From: an uncultured Sunxiuqinia sp.
GTDB lineage: Bacteria > Bacteroidota > Bacteroidia > Bacteroidales > Prolixibacteraceae
Assembly (NCBI GenBank): GCA_963677175.2
Contig: CAXXES010000001.1
Span: 946,444-1,010,443 of the forward strand
Direction of reading: 5' to 3'
DNA: 64,000 nt
A program made the position numbers and the translations under genes. Shown piece after piece: positions 52,499-62,529 of this stretch. Each line of letters starts with the position of its first letter. Within the stretch, counting starts at the first letter, position 1. The notes under the pieces were generated by a model, which saw nothing but the letters and a program-made list of their open reading frames with translations, searched no databases and had not been told where the DNA came from.

Positions 52499-55400
52499 CT
52501 AGAATGTTGCTGAAATCCCGAATGAAACGGTTTTAAGCATCGGATAATTTAATACATTTCCGCTTCGTCGTCCACTACCCGAGGTCAACTCCGGATCGGA
52601 TCCTCCAATATTCTCGACGTCAAAGTCTTTTGTCTTCCGGTACAATGGTGACCAAGCCCAGAGGTTTTCTCCTGAGGCGTAAACTTTAATGCTGGACAGA
52701 AATGAAATTTGTTGCATGACGCTTTGCGGTAAGTTATATCCCAGCTGCACGTTCTTAAGCCGGATATAAGCTACGTTCATGATGTAACGAGTCTGTTTCT
52801 GATTAAGCTCTCTTCCCCAACCAGCGACATATCCACGATAACGCGGAAGAAAAGCGTTCGGATTTGTTTCCGACCAGATATTATCCAAATGCCATTCAGG
52901 CAAATTATTATATGGCCGATTGTATTGTCCCCAGAAGTGACTAGCTTCGGCATCGGGCCACCAGTCCTGCTTTCCAACACCTTGAAAGAATCCGGAAAAA
53001 AAGAAGTTATTCCAGTCACCTCCCACGTTTAACCCAAAGGTATAGCGAGGGCTGGAATTCCCAATCACCTTAAGGTCGCCATGATTACTGATCCGGTTTT
53101 GACCAATATTAATCTTATCGTCATTGTTCAAGTCTTTGAATTTGATATCTCCGGGCAAAAGAACATTGTTCGACGAAACTTGGATGTACGATTGATCAGC
53201 ATGATCCTGGATTTCGGCTTCACTCTGAAACAACCCTTCGGTTACAAAACCCCAAATTTCGCCTAGCTCCATTCCTTCGTAATAGTCAGACAGTAGCTTT
53301 TCCGGATTATTGAATTTAGTAATCACTGACTTATTATCGGCCAGTATGAACCGAACATCATAGTTAAACGGCTTTGATGCCAAGTTGAACTGATCGCGCC
53401 AACTCACAGAGAGCTCCCACCCGTTGGTCTTCATGTCGGCATAATTACCTTTTGGAACACTGGCACCAAACACGGCTGGAACCGGTAGCCCACTGGTGTA
53501 CATGTCAGTCGTTTTTCGCTCGTAAATGTCGGCAGTAATATTCAACTGATTGGAAAAGAACCCCAAGTCCAGTCCGAAGTTCCTGGTGGTTGCTGTCTCC
53601 CAGGTCAATCCCTCCGGAATAACATTGGGCTGCGAAGTTACCGCCGGACGAGTTCCATTAATTACCCGACCCAGTTGTGAAATATTAAACAACTCGATAT
53701 AGGAATAAGGCGACACATTTCCATTTCCTAACGATCCATACGAAGCTCTGAATTTCACGTTGGAAACTTTTTCTTCATCCAGGTTCCAGAACGATTCGTT
53801 GGAGATACGGTAACCAACAGAAATGGATGGAAAGAACGCTGTTTGCTGATCAGAAGGAAATTTAGAAGAAGCATCCAACCGTCCGTTTAGTTCGATCAGG
53901 TACGTATCACTATAACTATAATTTACCCGGTAAAACTGACCGGCCACCCGCCATCTGTTATAATCCCCATCTGTTGATATATTTTCCCCGATGGTTAAGG
54001 ATATGTTTTCCGCATCTTCAAACAAAATCCCGTTTCGCTGTGCCTGAAACGATTCAAAGGTGCTTTCCTCATAATTGAAACCAGTCATTACTTTCAGGTA
54101 GTGTCTTTCATTAAATGTATCTTCATACTCTCCATAAATATTGGAAGCCAGATACTGAGTATCAGAACTTATCCTCCGGATGTCGTTTGTGGTCGTACCG
54201 ACATAATTGACGACCCCTTCTTGTCGACTATAAGGAATCTGAATTCTCTTTCTGAAATCGGACTGATTGTTCGTTGAAAAAGTAAAATCACCGCGAATAC
54301 GCAGTTTATTCTTTAATAGATTGGCGGTTAAACCAGTGGTATTTTTAACGAAGGTTCGTTCCGTATCTTCTCCGTTTTTCCCATAATACATATCACCAAC
54401 CGTGTAAGCGCCGGAGTGAGTTAATGTACCATCCGGGTTTAGCATGGGAGAAGTGGGATGGCCCTCATCGGCTATATTTCTCCAAATACCACCACCTTCA
54501 CCAACATTCAACGGCTGGTGGTATTTCTGCTGCGAGTACTCGGTATTATTATCTACCGTCAGCCAGTCGGCAATTTTAATATCTCCTTTGGCTCTGAAAT
54601 TGTAAATCGAATAGTCATCAGAGTTATAACGAAACAAGCCTTGCTGATCATTGTACCTGCCCGATATGTAATAGCTAACCCGGTCGTTACTGCCCGAGAT
54701 GGAAATATTTTGGTCGATAGACGCCAAATTATCTTTATAAAGCAGACTATACCAATCCGTACTTCCGTAATAGACGTAATTTCCATTGCTGTCAATCTCA
54801 TAATCAGGCAAATCCGGATTTTCCGAACGTCTTTGCAATTCTTCAAGATAGGCCAAGGAGAATGCCTGGGTTTTGTTAATCGATGAAGGGATCCTGCTGT
54901 AGTCATTCCAGGCATTGTAGCCCTCACTAAACCATTTTGCATAGGTATATCCATCCGAAACAAAGTCCGGAACAGCTGTCGGTGACTTAATGCCATAATT
55001 CATGGTATAATTCACTGATATTTTACCGGACTGTGGTCTTTTGGTTGAAATCAGGATGACCCCGAAGGTCCCTCTGGCTCCGTAAATGGCTGCTGAAGCG
55101 GCATCCTTCAACACAGAAATACTTTCAATGTCATTCGGATTTAATAAACTGGGGTCTCCTTCAACACCATCAATTAATATTAAAGCCGAGCCTCCCTGCC
55201 CAATAGACGAAGCACCACGAACCTGATAATTGGCACTTCGCATCGGCTTTCCATCAGCCAGGGTAATGTTCAGGTTCGGCACCACTCCCTGCAATGCTTG
55301 GGTAAGATTGTTTACCGGACGATTGGCCAGCGCTTCCGCATTCACCTGCTCAACAGCACCGGTCAGATTCACTTTTTTCTGTGTTCCGTAACCCACAGCA

Positions 55401-55870
55401 ACAACTTCTTCAATACCAATCGAGTCTTCCTCAAGTATGATATTTATCTGTGTCTGGCTGCCAACTGGAATCTCCTGGGTCCGCATCCCCACAAAGGAAA
55501 AAACCAATATCGCGTCGGCAGAAACTTCTGCTATCGCATAATTCCCATCAAAGTTAGTAATTGTTCATTGGGTTGTACCTTTTATCAAAATAGTTACTCC
55601 GGGAAGCGGTGCACCGGAAGCATCAGTAACCCGACCTGAAATTGTTCTGGCTTGCTGCCCCAACTGAATCGTTGATAAAACAACATGCCGATCAGATACT
55701 TGATAATTCACATCGGCACCTTCAACGAGCTGATCCGGAAAATTATCCAATGCAACTGATTGGATAATTCCCAGCAAAACAAACACAATTGTAAGTTTCA
55801 TCCTTAATACAATTTTCCCGGAACACCTGAAAATTAGGTGCCCGGAATGAGATTCATTGTTTCTTTTCAT
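52499..55870 (-). pseudogene. SusC/RagA-family transporter interrupted by one in-frame TGA (55567-55565) and carrying only a remnant of the STN domain (PUL4)
   Basis: ORFs 55565-55870 and 52499-55507 are in the same frame. Read-through gives GVTILIKGTTQ*TITNFDGNYAIAEVSADAILVFSFVGMRTQEI; the three paralogues in this window have Gly at the stop position. Confidence 0.7.
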
Positions 55871-55916
55871 TCTTTTGAATTGACTTGATTAAATAATTCA
55901 TTTATTTGATTTTTTA

Positions 55917-55954
55917 AAACCGGAGGGCGTGCAGGCCTTCCGGTTTCTTTTTTT
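55917..55954 (+). terminator. plus-strand hairpin + T7 upstream of the PUL4 SusC (relic of the antisense-sRNA terminator seen at PUL1-3?)
   Basis: aaaccggaggg / ccttccggttt stem (one G-U pair), then cttttttt. No plus-strand gene upstream. Confidence 0.4.
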
Positions 55955-56207
55955 ATTCCCGCGACAAATCTAGTTTAGGCTTATTACAAAAGCATTACAG
56001 CGAAATTAAGTTTCTCTTGCTTCTATTTTTTCACGCAGCTTTCATTGTAGGGCAAGCTGCCCATGTTTATTTCAATAACCGTTTTAAAATAGGCACATAC
56101 CATTTACCGGAGCAGCAATTTCTCAGGCTGCTTACACAACAATTGATCCAGGTATAACATAAAGCAAAGACAGAGTATCTTTCCCTGGAGAAACTTGCAT
56201 TTTAGAT

Positions 56208-57497
56208 TCAAAAGAAGTGTCTCTTCATAAAGTCCACAAATATGTCAAAATCATCGGGTAAAACTCCGTGCCCCCCTTCGTGCATATAATATCCTAAATC
56301 GTTTAATATGGGAACTCCGGCTGCCGGGAAGGCATCGGTGCCTAAAGGCTTTTTGCCCAACAGCTCATAAACCGGAGCTGCTGCAACGGCTGCCAAGAAT
56401 TCACCTTTGGGATCAGACCACTTATCGGTAGTCCCGGTTTGCAAAAGAAGTGGGCGGGGAGCCATGAGGGAAATCAGCATGTGGCTATCAACGGGCGATC
56501 GGGAAGGGTCGTCCTTAAAATTTCGCCAGTTGCCGGCGAACTGGTAAAAATATCTTGTAGGATGCGTCATGTGATCAATTGTTTCACCGTACCAACGCCT
56601 AGAAAGGGCTGCACCGCCTTCTCCGCTGCAGCTCGCAATAACCATCCCGAATCTTGTGTCGCGGGCACCGGTCCACAAAACGGTTTTCCCGAGACGTGAG
56701 ACGCCAAAAAGGGCGATTTTTCTGGAATCAATCTGTGGATCGGTCTCAAAATAATCCATGGCACGGCTAAGGCCCCACGACCATGCAGATATTGCCCCCC
56801 ACTCATCAGGAGCGGGATATTCCTGACCTTCTTTCAGGTAGTGCCCTCTGACCCCATGCTTAACACCATCGGCAAAATCAGGCTCTATGTCTCCATAATA
56901 AACTGTGGCAAATCCAAATCCTTGTGATAGAAATTTATCAACATCCATTTTGCCCCACCCACCGGACCCCTGAACAGGGACTCTTTTTCCATCCCTACCC
57001 CACATGTAACCTTTTTCAACACCTGGGTCATCAACGACATTGGCATTCGGGAAGAAGCTCAGATTGAAAAAGACCGGAACCGGTTTATCTGTTTTGGCAG
57101 GAAGATATACCAGCAGGTTCATTTTATAATTTGACGTATCTTCTGTAAAATATATGGTCACCTGTTTTCGGATTGCTGTGCCATCCAATGCGGGTGTTCC
57201 GGGATCAAATACATTAAAAGATAAATCTTTTGGTGCATCGGGAACTATGCCGTACTGAAATTCTTCAAAGAGAGAGACAATTTGAGGCCTTCTCTTTTCA
57301 TACCACTGTTTGGCATTCTTCACTTTTTTACCATCACTTAAAGTTAAAGGATCTGGAAGCACGTAGGTTCCCGAAAGAGATTCATTATAGTTGACCGCAA
57401 TACCGGCAACTTTTTCAGTATTGTCCTGTCCATATCCAGCGCAGCACCACAATGCCGATATTATAACAGTCACTGGTATTAAAAGAAATTTTTTCAT
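56208..57497 (-). CDS. carbohydrate esterase family 15-like (glucuronoyl esterase) alpha/beta hydrolase
   Basis: Signal peptide. GVSRLGK matches the CE15 G-C-S-R-x-G-K nucleophile motif. 429 aa; C-terminal HEGGHG. Confidence 0.65.
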   Translation of the reverse strand: MKKFLLIPVTVIISALWCCAGYGQDNTEKVAGIAVNYNESLSGTYVLPDPLTLSDGKKVKNAKQWYEKRRPQIVSLFEEFQYGIVPDAPKDLSFNVFDPGTPALDGTAIRKQVTIYFTEDTSNYKMNLLVYLPAKTDKPVPVFFNLSFFPNANVVDDPGVEKGYMWGRDGKRVPVQGSGGWGKMDVDKFLSQGFGFATVYYGDIEPDFADGVKHGVRGHYLKEGQEYPAPDEWGAISAWSWGLSRAMDYFETDPQIDSRKIALFGVSRLGKTVLWTGARDTRFGMVIASCSGEGGAALSRRWYGETIDHMTHPTRYFYQFAGNWRNFKDDPSRSPVDSHMLISLMAPRPLLLQTGTTDKWSDPKGEFLAAVAAAPVYELLGKKPLGTDAFPAAGVPILNDLGYYMHEGGHGVLPDDFDIFVDFMKRHFF

Positions 57498-57515
57498 AAT
57501 TAGATAATAATTTGG

Positions 57516-60500
57516 TTAACGTTTTTCTCCAGGGACAACGGATTTTAATATTTGAACCGGCCCCATCAATCCTGAGGGGTTGACATTCCCTCCACGCCTG
57601 AACATGAACATGGGGGCGGGGGATGACAGGATCTGCTCCCCGGGGGCAGCGTTCTGATCGCCGATCAATCGGTTGGTCCATTGATTTGTGACTTTAATTT
57701 CAATGTGGTTGCTTTCTTTTTTCAGCAAACCGGTAATATCAGCCCGATATGGAGCTTTCCATATGATGCCGGCAGAACTGCCATTAACCATCACCTCAGC
57801 AATATCACCTACCTCACCAAGGTCAATAATTATTTTGGCGTCCGTTTGCAGCCAATTTTTGTCTGCTTCAATAGTTTTTGTATAAACAGCGGTACCGGAG
57901 AAATATTTTACTCCATTGTCACTGATGTCTGTCCAAGGTTCAAGTTTGTCAACTGTAATTTTTTCAGGGGCACCTAAAGCTGGGGGAAAAGAAATCTCCC
58001 AAGGTCCCGAGATAGCAGAAAGCAATTCAAATGAAGGTTCCGAAAATGATTGGGCAATAACATTCGACTTCTTGCTAAATACAACAAAAATGGATTGACG
58101 TTCAGCTAGATGAAGTGGGACAATTGTCCTGTCCTCATCTATCGAATAACTGGCGGGAATTATTTCCCCGGTTGCAGGATCCCAAATTTGCGCTTCCTTA
58201 TCTGTTGTTCGAAACCTGACTTTTGTGTCGAATGCCTTATCTGAAGAATTAACAAGGAAATAAATATCAGCTTCATCCGTTCTGCGATGTATCCAGTTGA
58301 CCTTTGAGCCAAGTGGTTTTTCATATTCCAAATCGGGTTTAATCCCTTCCATTTCGAGCACTGTTTTGATCGGGCTGCCCCAAATCACTTTTCCTTGACC
58401 ATAAACACGCCTTGTCCGGCTGATCCCATCAAGGTCGCCCCATACTTCAGTGGCAATTGTTTCCAATTTTTTTTCAGAATCAGGATATCCTGACAAGCCC
58501 GGCGTATGTTCAGGCTTGGGTCCAATAACAGTCGCCCCATTCTTTACCAGTTCTTTAACTTTTAAAAGGACGGGTAATGACATTTTAGTTGTATTGGGAA
58601 GAATAAGGAGAGCATAGTTCATCCCGTCAGGAAGCGTCAGCCTGCCGTCTGCAGAGACACCTGTTCGGTTGATGAGGGCATCTGCATTGATATAATCGTA
58701 ATCATACCCTTCGGGAGGGGCTGGATTTAACCCTGCTCCCCAGATTGGCATCGTTGAAGGAGCAGCTTCATCAAGAAGGTATACTAAATCGGCAACGTAA
58801 TTCCCCTGTTGCAGCATGAATGAATTACGGGAAAGGTATGTCATGAAAGGAGCTGCTTGTTCTGCCCAGGTTATATTACGGTTGATATGGGTTCCAACCA
58901 TGGTGTTACCCGGTTTTGTATCCAGAGGCTGATGAGCTGAGGTATGAAATACAAAACGGTTTATTCCTTGCGTAAACCAGTAATCACCAATTTTTTTCAA
59001 GGTATATGGCGATTCATATCCACCACCTGTATAGGCTTCTGCGGCAACAAGGCCTTTTCCATAAATATGTGATGCAGAGGCTGCTCCCCGAACATCTTGG
59101 TAATACATCAGCTCAGGGTGGAGTGCCCTGTTCCAGAACTCCGCCATCGGGATGTCGACAAATTTTTTACATAAAAGCGCGTCTTCCAAAATCTCCAAGG
59201 AGACGCCCGAAGCCTCGCCATAGGCCTTAATTCCTTGTTTATGGAGAAAATCTGCTAGAACGCCATAATGATTTTCAGCAAACATGTCAGCCAGCGTGCG
59301 ACGGAAATCCCACAAGACCCTATCGCTGGTATTACTGTTTCCAATAACTCTTCCTGCCAAACATGGAAGATAGGGTTTAAGGTCATATCCTCTTCTGTTT
59401 CTAAACTCATTTAACATGCTGTCAGTCCAGTTTTGCATGCCGGCCTCCCAGCTATCGAGCATAACATATTGGAGGCTTTTCCCATATAATGGCCCTAGGG
59501 TTTTTTCGAGTGGTTTGGTGTATTCCTCAATATATGCTTTTGTATGAGCTGCGCTGAGTTTATCAACTTCATAACCCGAGCCGGAAGGGACCGCCGGGCG
59601 GTTTTTTGCGCCAGTGAGGGAATAACCAAAACGCATGATCGTCCAACTACCTTCCGGAACCTGCCAATTTAGAGAACCATCAGGCGACATATGAGAAGTG
59701 ATGTCTATGACAGTTGCGGGATCAATAGCAGAAGAGGGGGACACTTCCGTAGAGACTACCGGATCATAGTTGAACAGGTGGTAAAATCCTGCTTTATCTT
59801 CCCACCGATTAATCCTTGCTCCTGCGTGTAATTTTATTTCACCGAAGGTATAGGCCGAGTCGGGAGGCATATTTGTTTCGGCCATCACATCATTTGGTTT
59901 CATGGGTGCTCCGGTAAACTCAAGCTTGAAATATCTTGCAGTAGCAGCAGGGAATGACGTTGTTGCGACTTTCCCTGAGCGATAAAGTTGGGCACCCGGC
60001 AACACGGCTATTGTACGGAAGCTTTCCCCGTCGTCACTAACCTGTAAAGTACCTATCGGGATTCCGGCCTGGTTAGCCAATGTTAAAGCCTGGGCCGTAA
60101 AGGGCCGTTCAAAGGAATACTGTATCCAAACGGTATCTTTGCCACTGCTTGAGCTTATGGTTTCCGAGGTATTCAGGTCGTCATCCAGAAAGGCATCTAC
60201 TGTTATTTTACCGGCACTTGTGGTTGCTACAGGAACCGGTTGATCGTTGTTTTCATCTATAGGAGTTGGAAAAGCCAGAACGGCAAAATCCTTGTAAAAC
60301 AAAGATCCAGGATTATCATCGCGTCCTCCCCTCGAGAGATTTCTTATCGGGCCTTCAACAGCGGGCGGGGCAAGTAATGCTCCCTTGAAATTTCGAGGAC
60401 CGCTGAGATTTAATTCGCTCCAAACAAGTTTCTTCATGGCTTGCTCCGGTTTCACCCAAGGCCCACCAGTTAGGCTCCAGCCCGCTGAGCTAAAAATTGC

Positions 60501-60866
60501 CATCTCAAGGTCTAACCTATCCGCTTCAGATGCTGCATGATGCACTGCATCCAGCCATTCGTCAGACCTGAAAAGCAATTTTTTTTCAACCACCTGCCCT
60601 TGTCCGAAAGCTACATCCGCCAGTTGCATTCCTCCAATTCCGGCGCGTTTCATCCATTCCAGGTCCTTTGTTATCCCTTCTTTAGTGATATTACTGTTTG
60701 TCCAGTGCCACCAGGTTCGTGGTTTTGCAGATTCAGGAGGGTTCTTGAATCCCTCTTCCAGTGAAGTACCAGCAGGTTCTTGTGCTGATAATAAAATGGA
60801 AAAGTTCAGAATAACTGAGGTAGCCAATAAGCAGGCAATTAGTTGTCTTTTCATAACGGTATTCAA
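57516..60866 (-). CDS. large secreted glycoside hydrolase, GH106 (alpha-L-rhamnosidase)-like
   Basis: 1116 aa. N-terminal FKNPPESAKPRTWWHWTNSNITKEGITKDLEWMKRAGIGGMQL is the pattern I associate with the GH106 family. The family call is from memory of this motif only. Confidence 0.6.
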   Translation of the reverse strand: MNTVMKRQLIACLLATSVILNFSILLSAQEPAGTSLEEGFKNPPESAKPRTWWHWTNSNITKEGITKDLEWMKRAGIGGMQLADVAFGQGQVVEKKLLFRSDEWLDAVHHAASEADRLDLEMAIFSSAGWSLTGGPWVKPEQAMKKLVWSELNLSGPRNFKGALLAPPAVEGPIRNLSRGGRDDNPGSLFYKDFAVLAFPTPIDENNDQPVPVATTSAGKITVDAFLDDDLNTSETISSSSGKDTVWIQYSFERPFTAQALTLANQAGIPIGTLQVSDDGESFRTIAVLPGAQLYRSGKVATTSFPAATARYFKLEFTGAPMKPNDVMAETNMPPDSAYTFGEIKLHAGARINRWEDKAGFYHLFNYDPVVSTEVSPSSAIDPATVIDITSHMSPDGSLNWQVPEGSWTIMRFGYSLTGAKNRPAVPSGSGYEVDKLSAAHTKAYIEEYTKPLEKTLGPLYGKSLQYVMLDSWEAGMQNWTDSMLNEFRNRRGYDLKPYLPCLAGRVIGNSNTSDRVLWDFRRTLADMFAENHYGVLADFLHKQGIKAYGEASGVSLEILEDALLCKKFVDIPMAEFWNRALHPELMYYQDVRGAASASHIYGKGLVAAEAYTGGGYESPYTLKKIGDYWFTQGINRFVFHTSAHQPLDTKPGNTMVGTHINRNITWAEQAAPFMTYLSRNSFMLQQGNYVADLVYLLDEAAPSTMPIWGAGLNPAPPEGYDYDYINADALINRTGVSADGRLTLPDGMNYALLILPNTTKMSLPVLLKVKELVKNGATVIGPKPEHTPGLSGYPDSEKKLETIATEVWGDLDGISRTRRVYGQGKVIWGSPIKTVLEMEGIKPDLEYEKPLGSKVNWIHRRTDEADIYFLVNSSDKAFDTKVRFRTTDKEAQIWDPATGEIIPASYSIDEDRTIVPLHLAERQSIFVVFSKKSNVIAQSFSEPSFELLSAISGPWEISFPPALGAPEKITVDKLEPWTDISDNGVKYFSGTAVYTKTIEADKNWLQTDAKIIIDLGEVGDIAEVMVNGSSAGIIWKAPYRADITGLLKKESNHIEIKVTNQWTNRLIGDQNAAPGEQILSSPAPMFMFRRGGNVNPSGLMGPVQILKSVVPGEKR

Positions 60867-60970
60867 TTAGATTGTATTCGGGATAAATATAAATATCTCT
60901 TTGACAGGCAGGGCCACTTCGTTGCGAAATGGTTTGCCTATCAAAGAAAATATATCATCAGTCTTCCATC

Positions 60971-62494
60971 TTAATAACCAGGGTTTTGAATAAGCACATT
61001 CGGATTAAGTACGACCTGAGCATATGGAAGAGGGAATAGCAGTTCCATATCGGAAACACTGAGGGGTGAATTCGGTTCTCCGTACTGATAGATGGAAATA
61101 GTTGATGGAAGTACGACTTCATTCTCCCGGTTGTAGAAATCCCTCATGACTTCTTGGGTACGTCCTGTCCGGAGAAGGTCGAACCAACGATGTCCTTCCA
61201 TGCATAGTTCAAGCTGTCGCTCATTTTCAATAGCCATAAAAATACTTGCTTTGTCGTGTGGAATACTGGTCACAAGGTTTGCCCTGTCACGGATTTTCTT
61301 TATTTGTGCAACAGCCCCTGGATAATCACCAGCTTCATTCAAGCATTCTGCATATTTTAAGATCACATCCGCATAGCGGCTTATAATTGTTTCGCAACCG
61401 CTGTCGGGGTTGCCAGACTTGCCATCAGCAACATTCTGATAGTCGAAATATTTCAATGTCATTGGAATGGTGCAGCCATAATCAGGAGAAATAAGTTCGG
61501 TATAAATAACTGATCTTCTTTTGTCTACTTCTGCAAATTTTGTCTCAAGTTCGTGAGTCATCAGCATGATATTCACGCCATATATTTTGCTGTCAATACC
61601 GCCTGGAGCAATGGGAATACCTTGAATATTGCCCAAGGTTGCATTGCCTAGATAATTACTTAATGCAGGAGTCTGATTATTTGCATATTGAACGGCAAAA
61701 ATAATTTCCTTATTATTGGCATTGTTTTGAGCGAAAACAGAAGCATAATCATTTAAAAGACCAAGCTGTGAACCTTCTTTTGCGATTACTTTTTCAAAAT
61801 AAATCATCGCATTTGCATAATCGTCACGTGTCAGATAAACATCACCGAGTATTGCCTGCGCTGCAGTAGATGTTGCTTTTCCAATGTCGGTAGATTCAGT
61901 ATAAAAGCTAGGTAGTTTTAATTCTGCGTCTTTCAGGTCTTCAATAATCTGGTTATAAACTTCATTGACCGGAGTCCTGCTATAATTAAACACATCCATG
62001 TAATTGGTAATATCTTCAAGTACAAGAGGCACATCACCCCATACTCTTACCATTACATAATAAGTATAAGCACGTAAAAATTTGGCTTCACCTACCAATT
62101 GATTATTAACTTCAGGTGTTGATTCCACTTTCGCCATATTGTCGATTACCAGGCAACAACGGTTAATAATCTGATAACAAGCATACCACAAAGCACTCAT
62201 GATGCTGTTTTGAGAATCGACTGTTGACTCGTGAAGGGCGATGTGAGCCGTCGAGTTATTTAATTTATAGTCATATGCATTATCCGTAGGAAGGTCTCCG
62301 ATATAAACAATACTATTAGCGAAATCACCTCTCATTGCGGCATAAGCCGCGTCAAGTACAGTTTGGATTTCGTTAGCATTGTTCATGTAGTCCTCAACAG
62401 TCATTGTATCAGTGGGATATCTTTCAAAGAAAGATTCGTTGCATGAAGGGTGGAACAGTAATCCGATAAATAAAATAATGATATATTTTTTCAT
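60971..62494 (-). CDS. SusD/RagB-family lipoprotein (PUL5)
   Basis: Lipobox FHPSCN. C-terminal LFPLPYAQVVLNPNVLIQNPGY. Confidence 0.9.
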   Translation of the reverse strand: MKKYIIILFIGLLFHPSCNESFFERYPTDTMTVEDYMNNANEIQTVLDAAYAAMRGDFANSIVYIGDLPTDNAYDYKLNNSTAHIALHESTVDSQNSIMSALWYACYQIINRCCLVIDNMAKVESTPEVNNQLVGEAKFLRAYTYYVMVRVWGDVPLVLEDITNYMDVFNYSRTPVNEVYNQIIEDLKDAELKLPSFYTESTDIGKATSTAAQAILGDVYLTRDDYANAMIYFEKVIAKEGSQLGLLNDYASVFAQNNANNKEIIFAVQYANNQTPALSNYLGNATLGNIQGIPIAPGGIDSKIYGVNIMLMTHELETKFAEVDKRRSVIYTELISPDYGCTIPMTLKYFDYQNVADGKSGNPDSGCETIISRYADVILKYAECLNEAGDYPGAVAQIKKIRDRANLVTSIPHDKASIFMAIENERQLELCMEGHRWFDLLRTGRTQEVMRDFYNRENEVVLPSTISIYQYGEPNSPLSVSDMELLFPLPYAQVVLNPNVLIQNPGY

Positions 62495-62529
62495 GTTATT
62501 TAGTTTAAATATATTAGTAATACATCATC

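Noticed and set aside
55565-55567. In-frame TGA in the PUL4 SusC as selenocysteine or as a reassigned Gly codon
   Set aside because: TGA clearly terminates well-supported genes in this window (CDF at 4995-4997, PLP enzyme at 13793-13795). Paralogues have ordinary Gly (not Cys) at the site. I saw no obvious SECIS-like stem immediately downstream. Nonsense mutation or sequencing error is more parsimonious.
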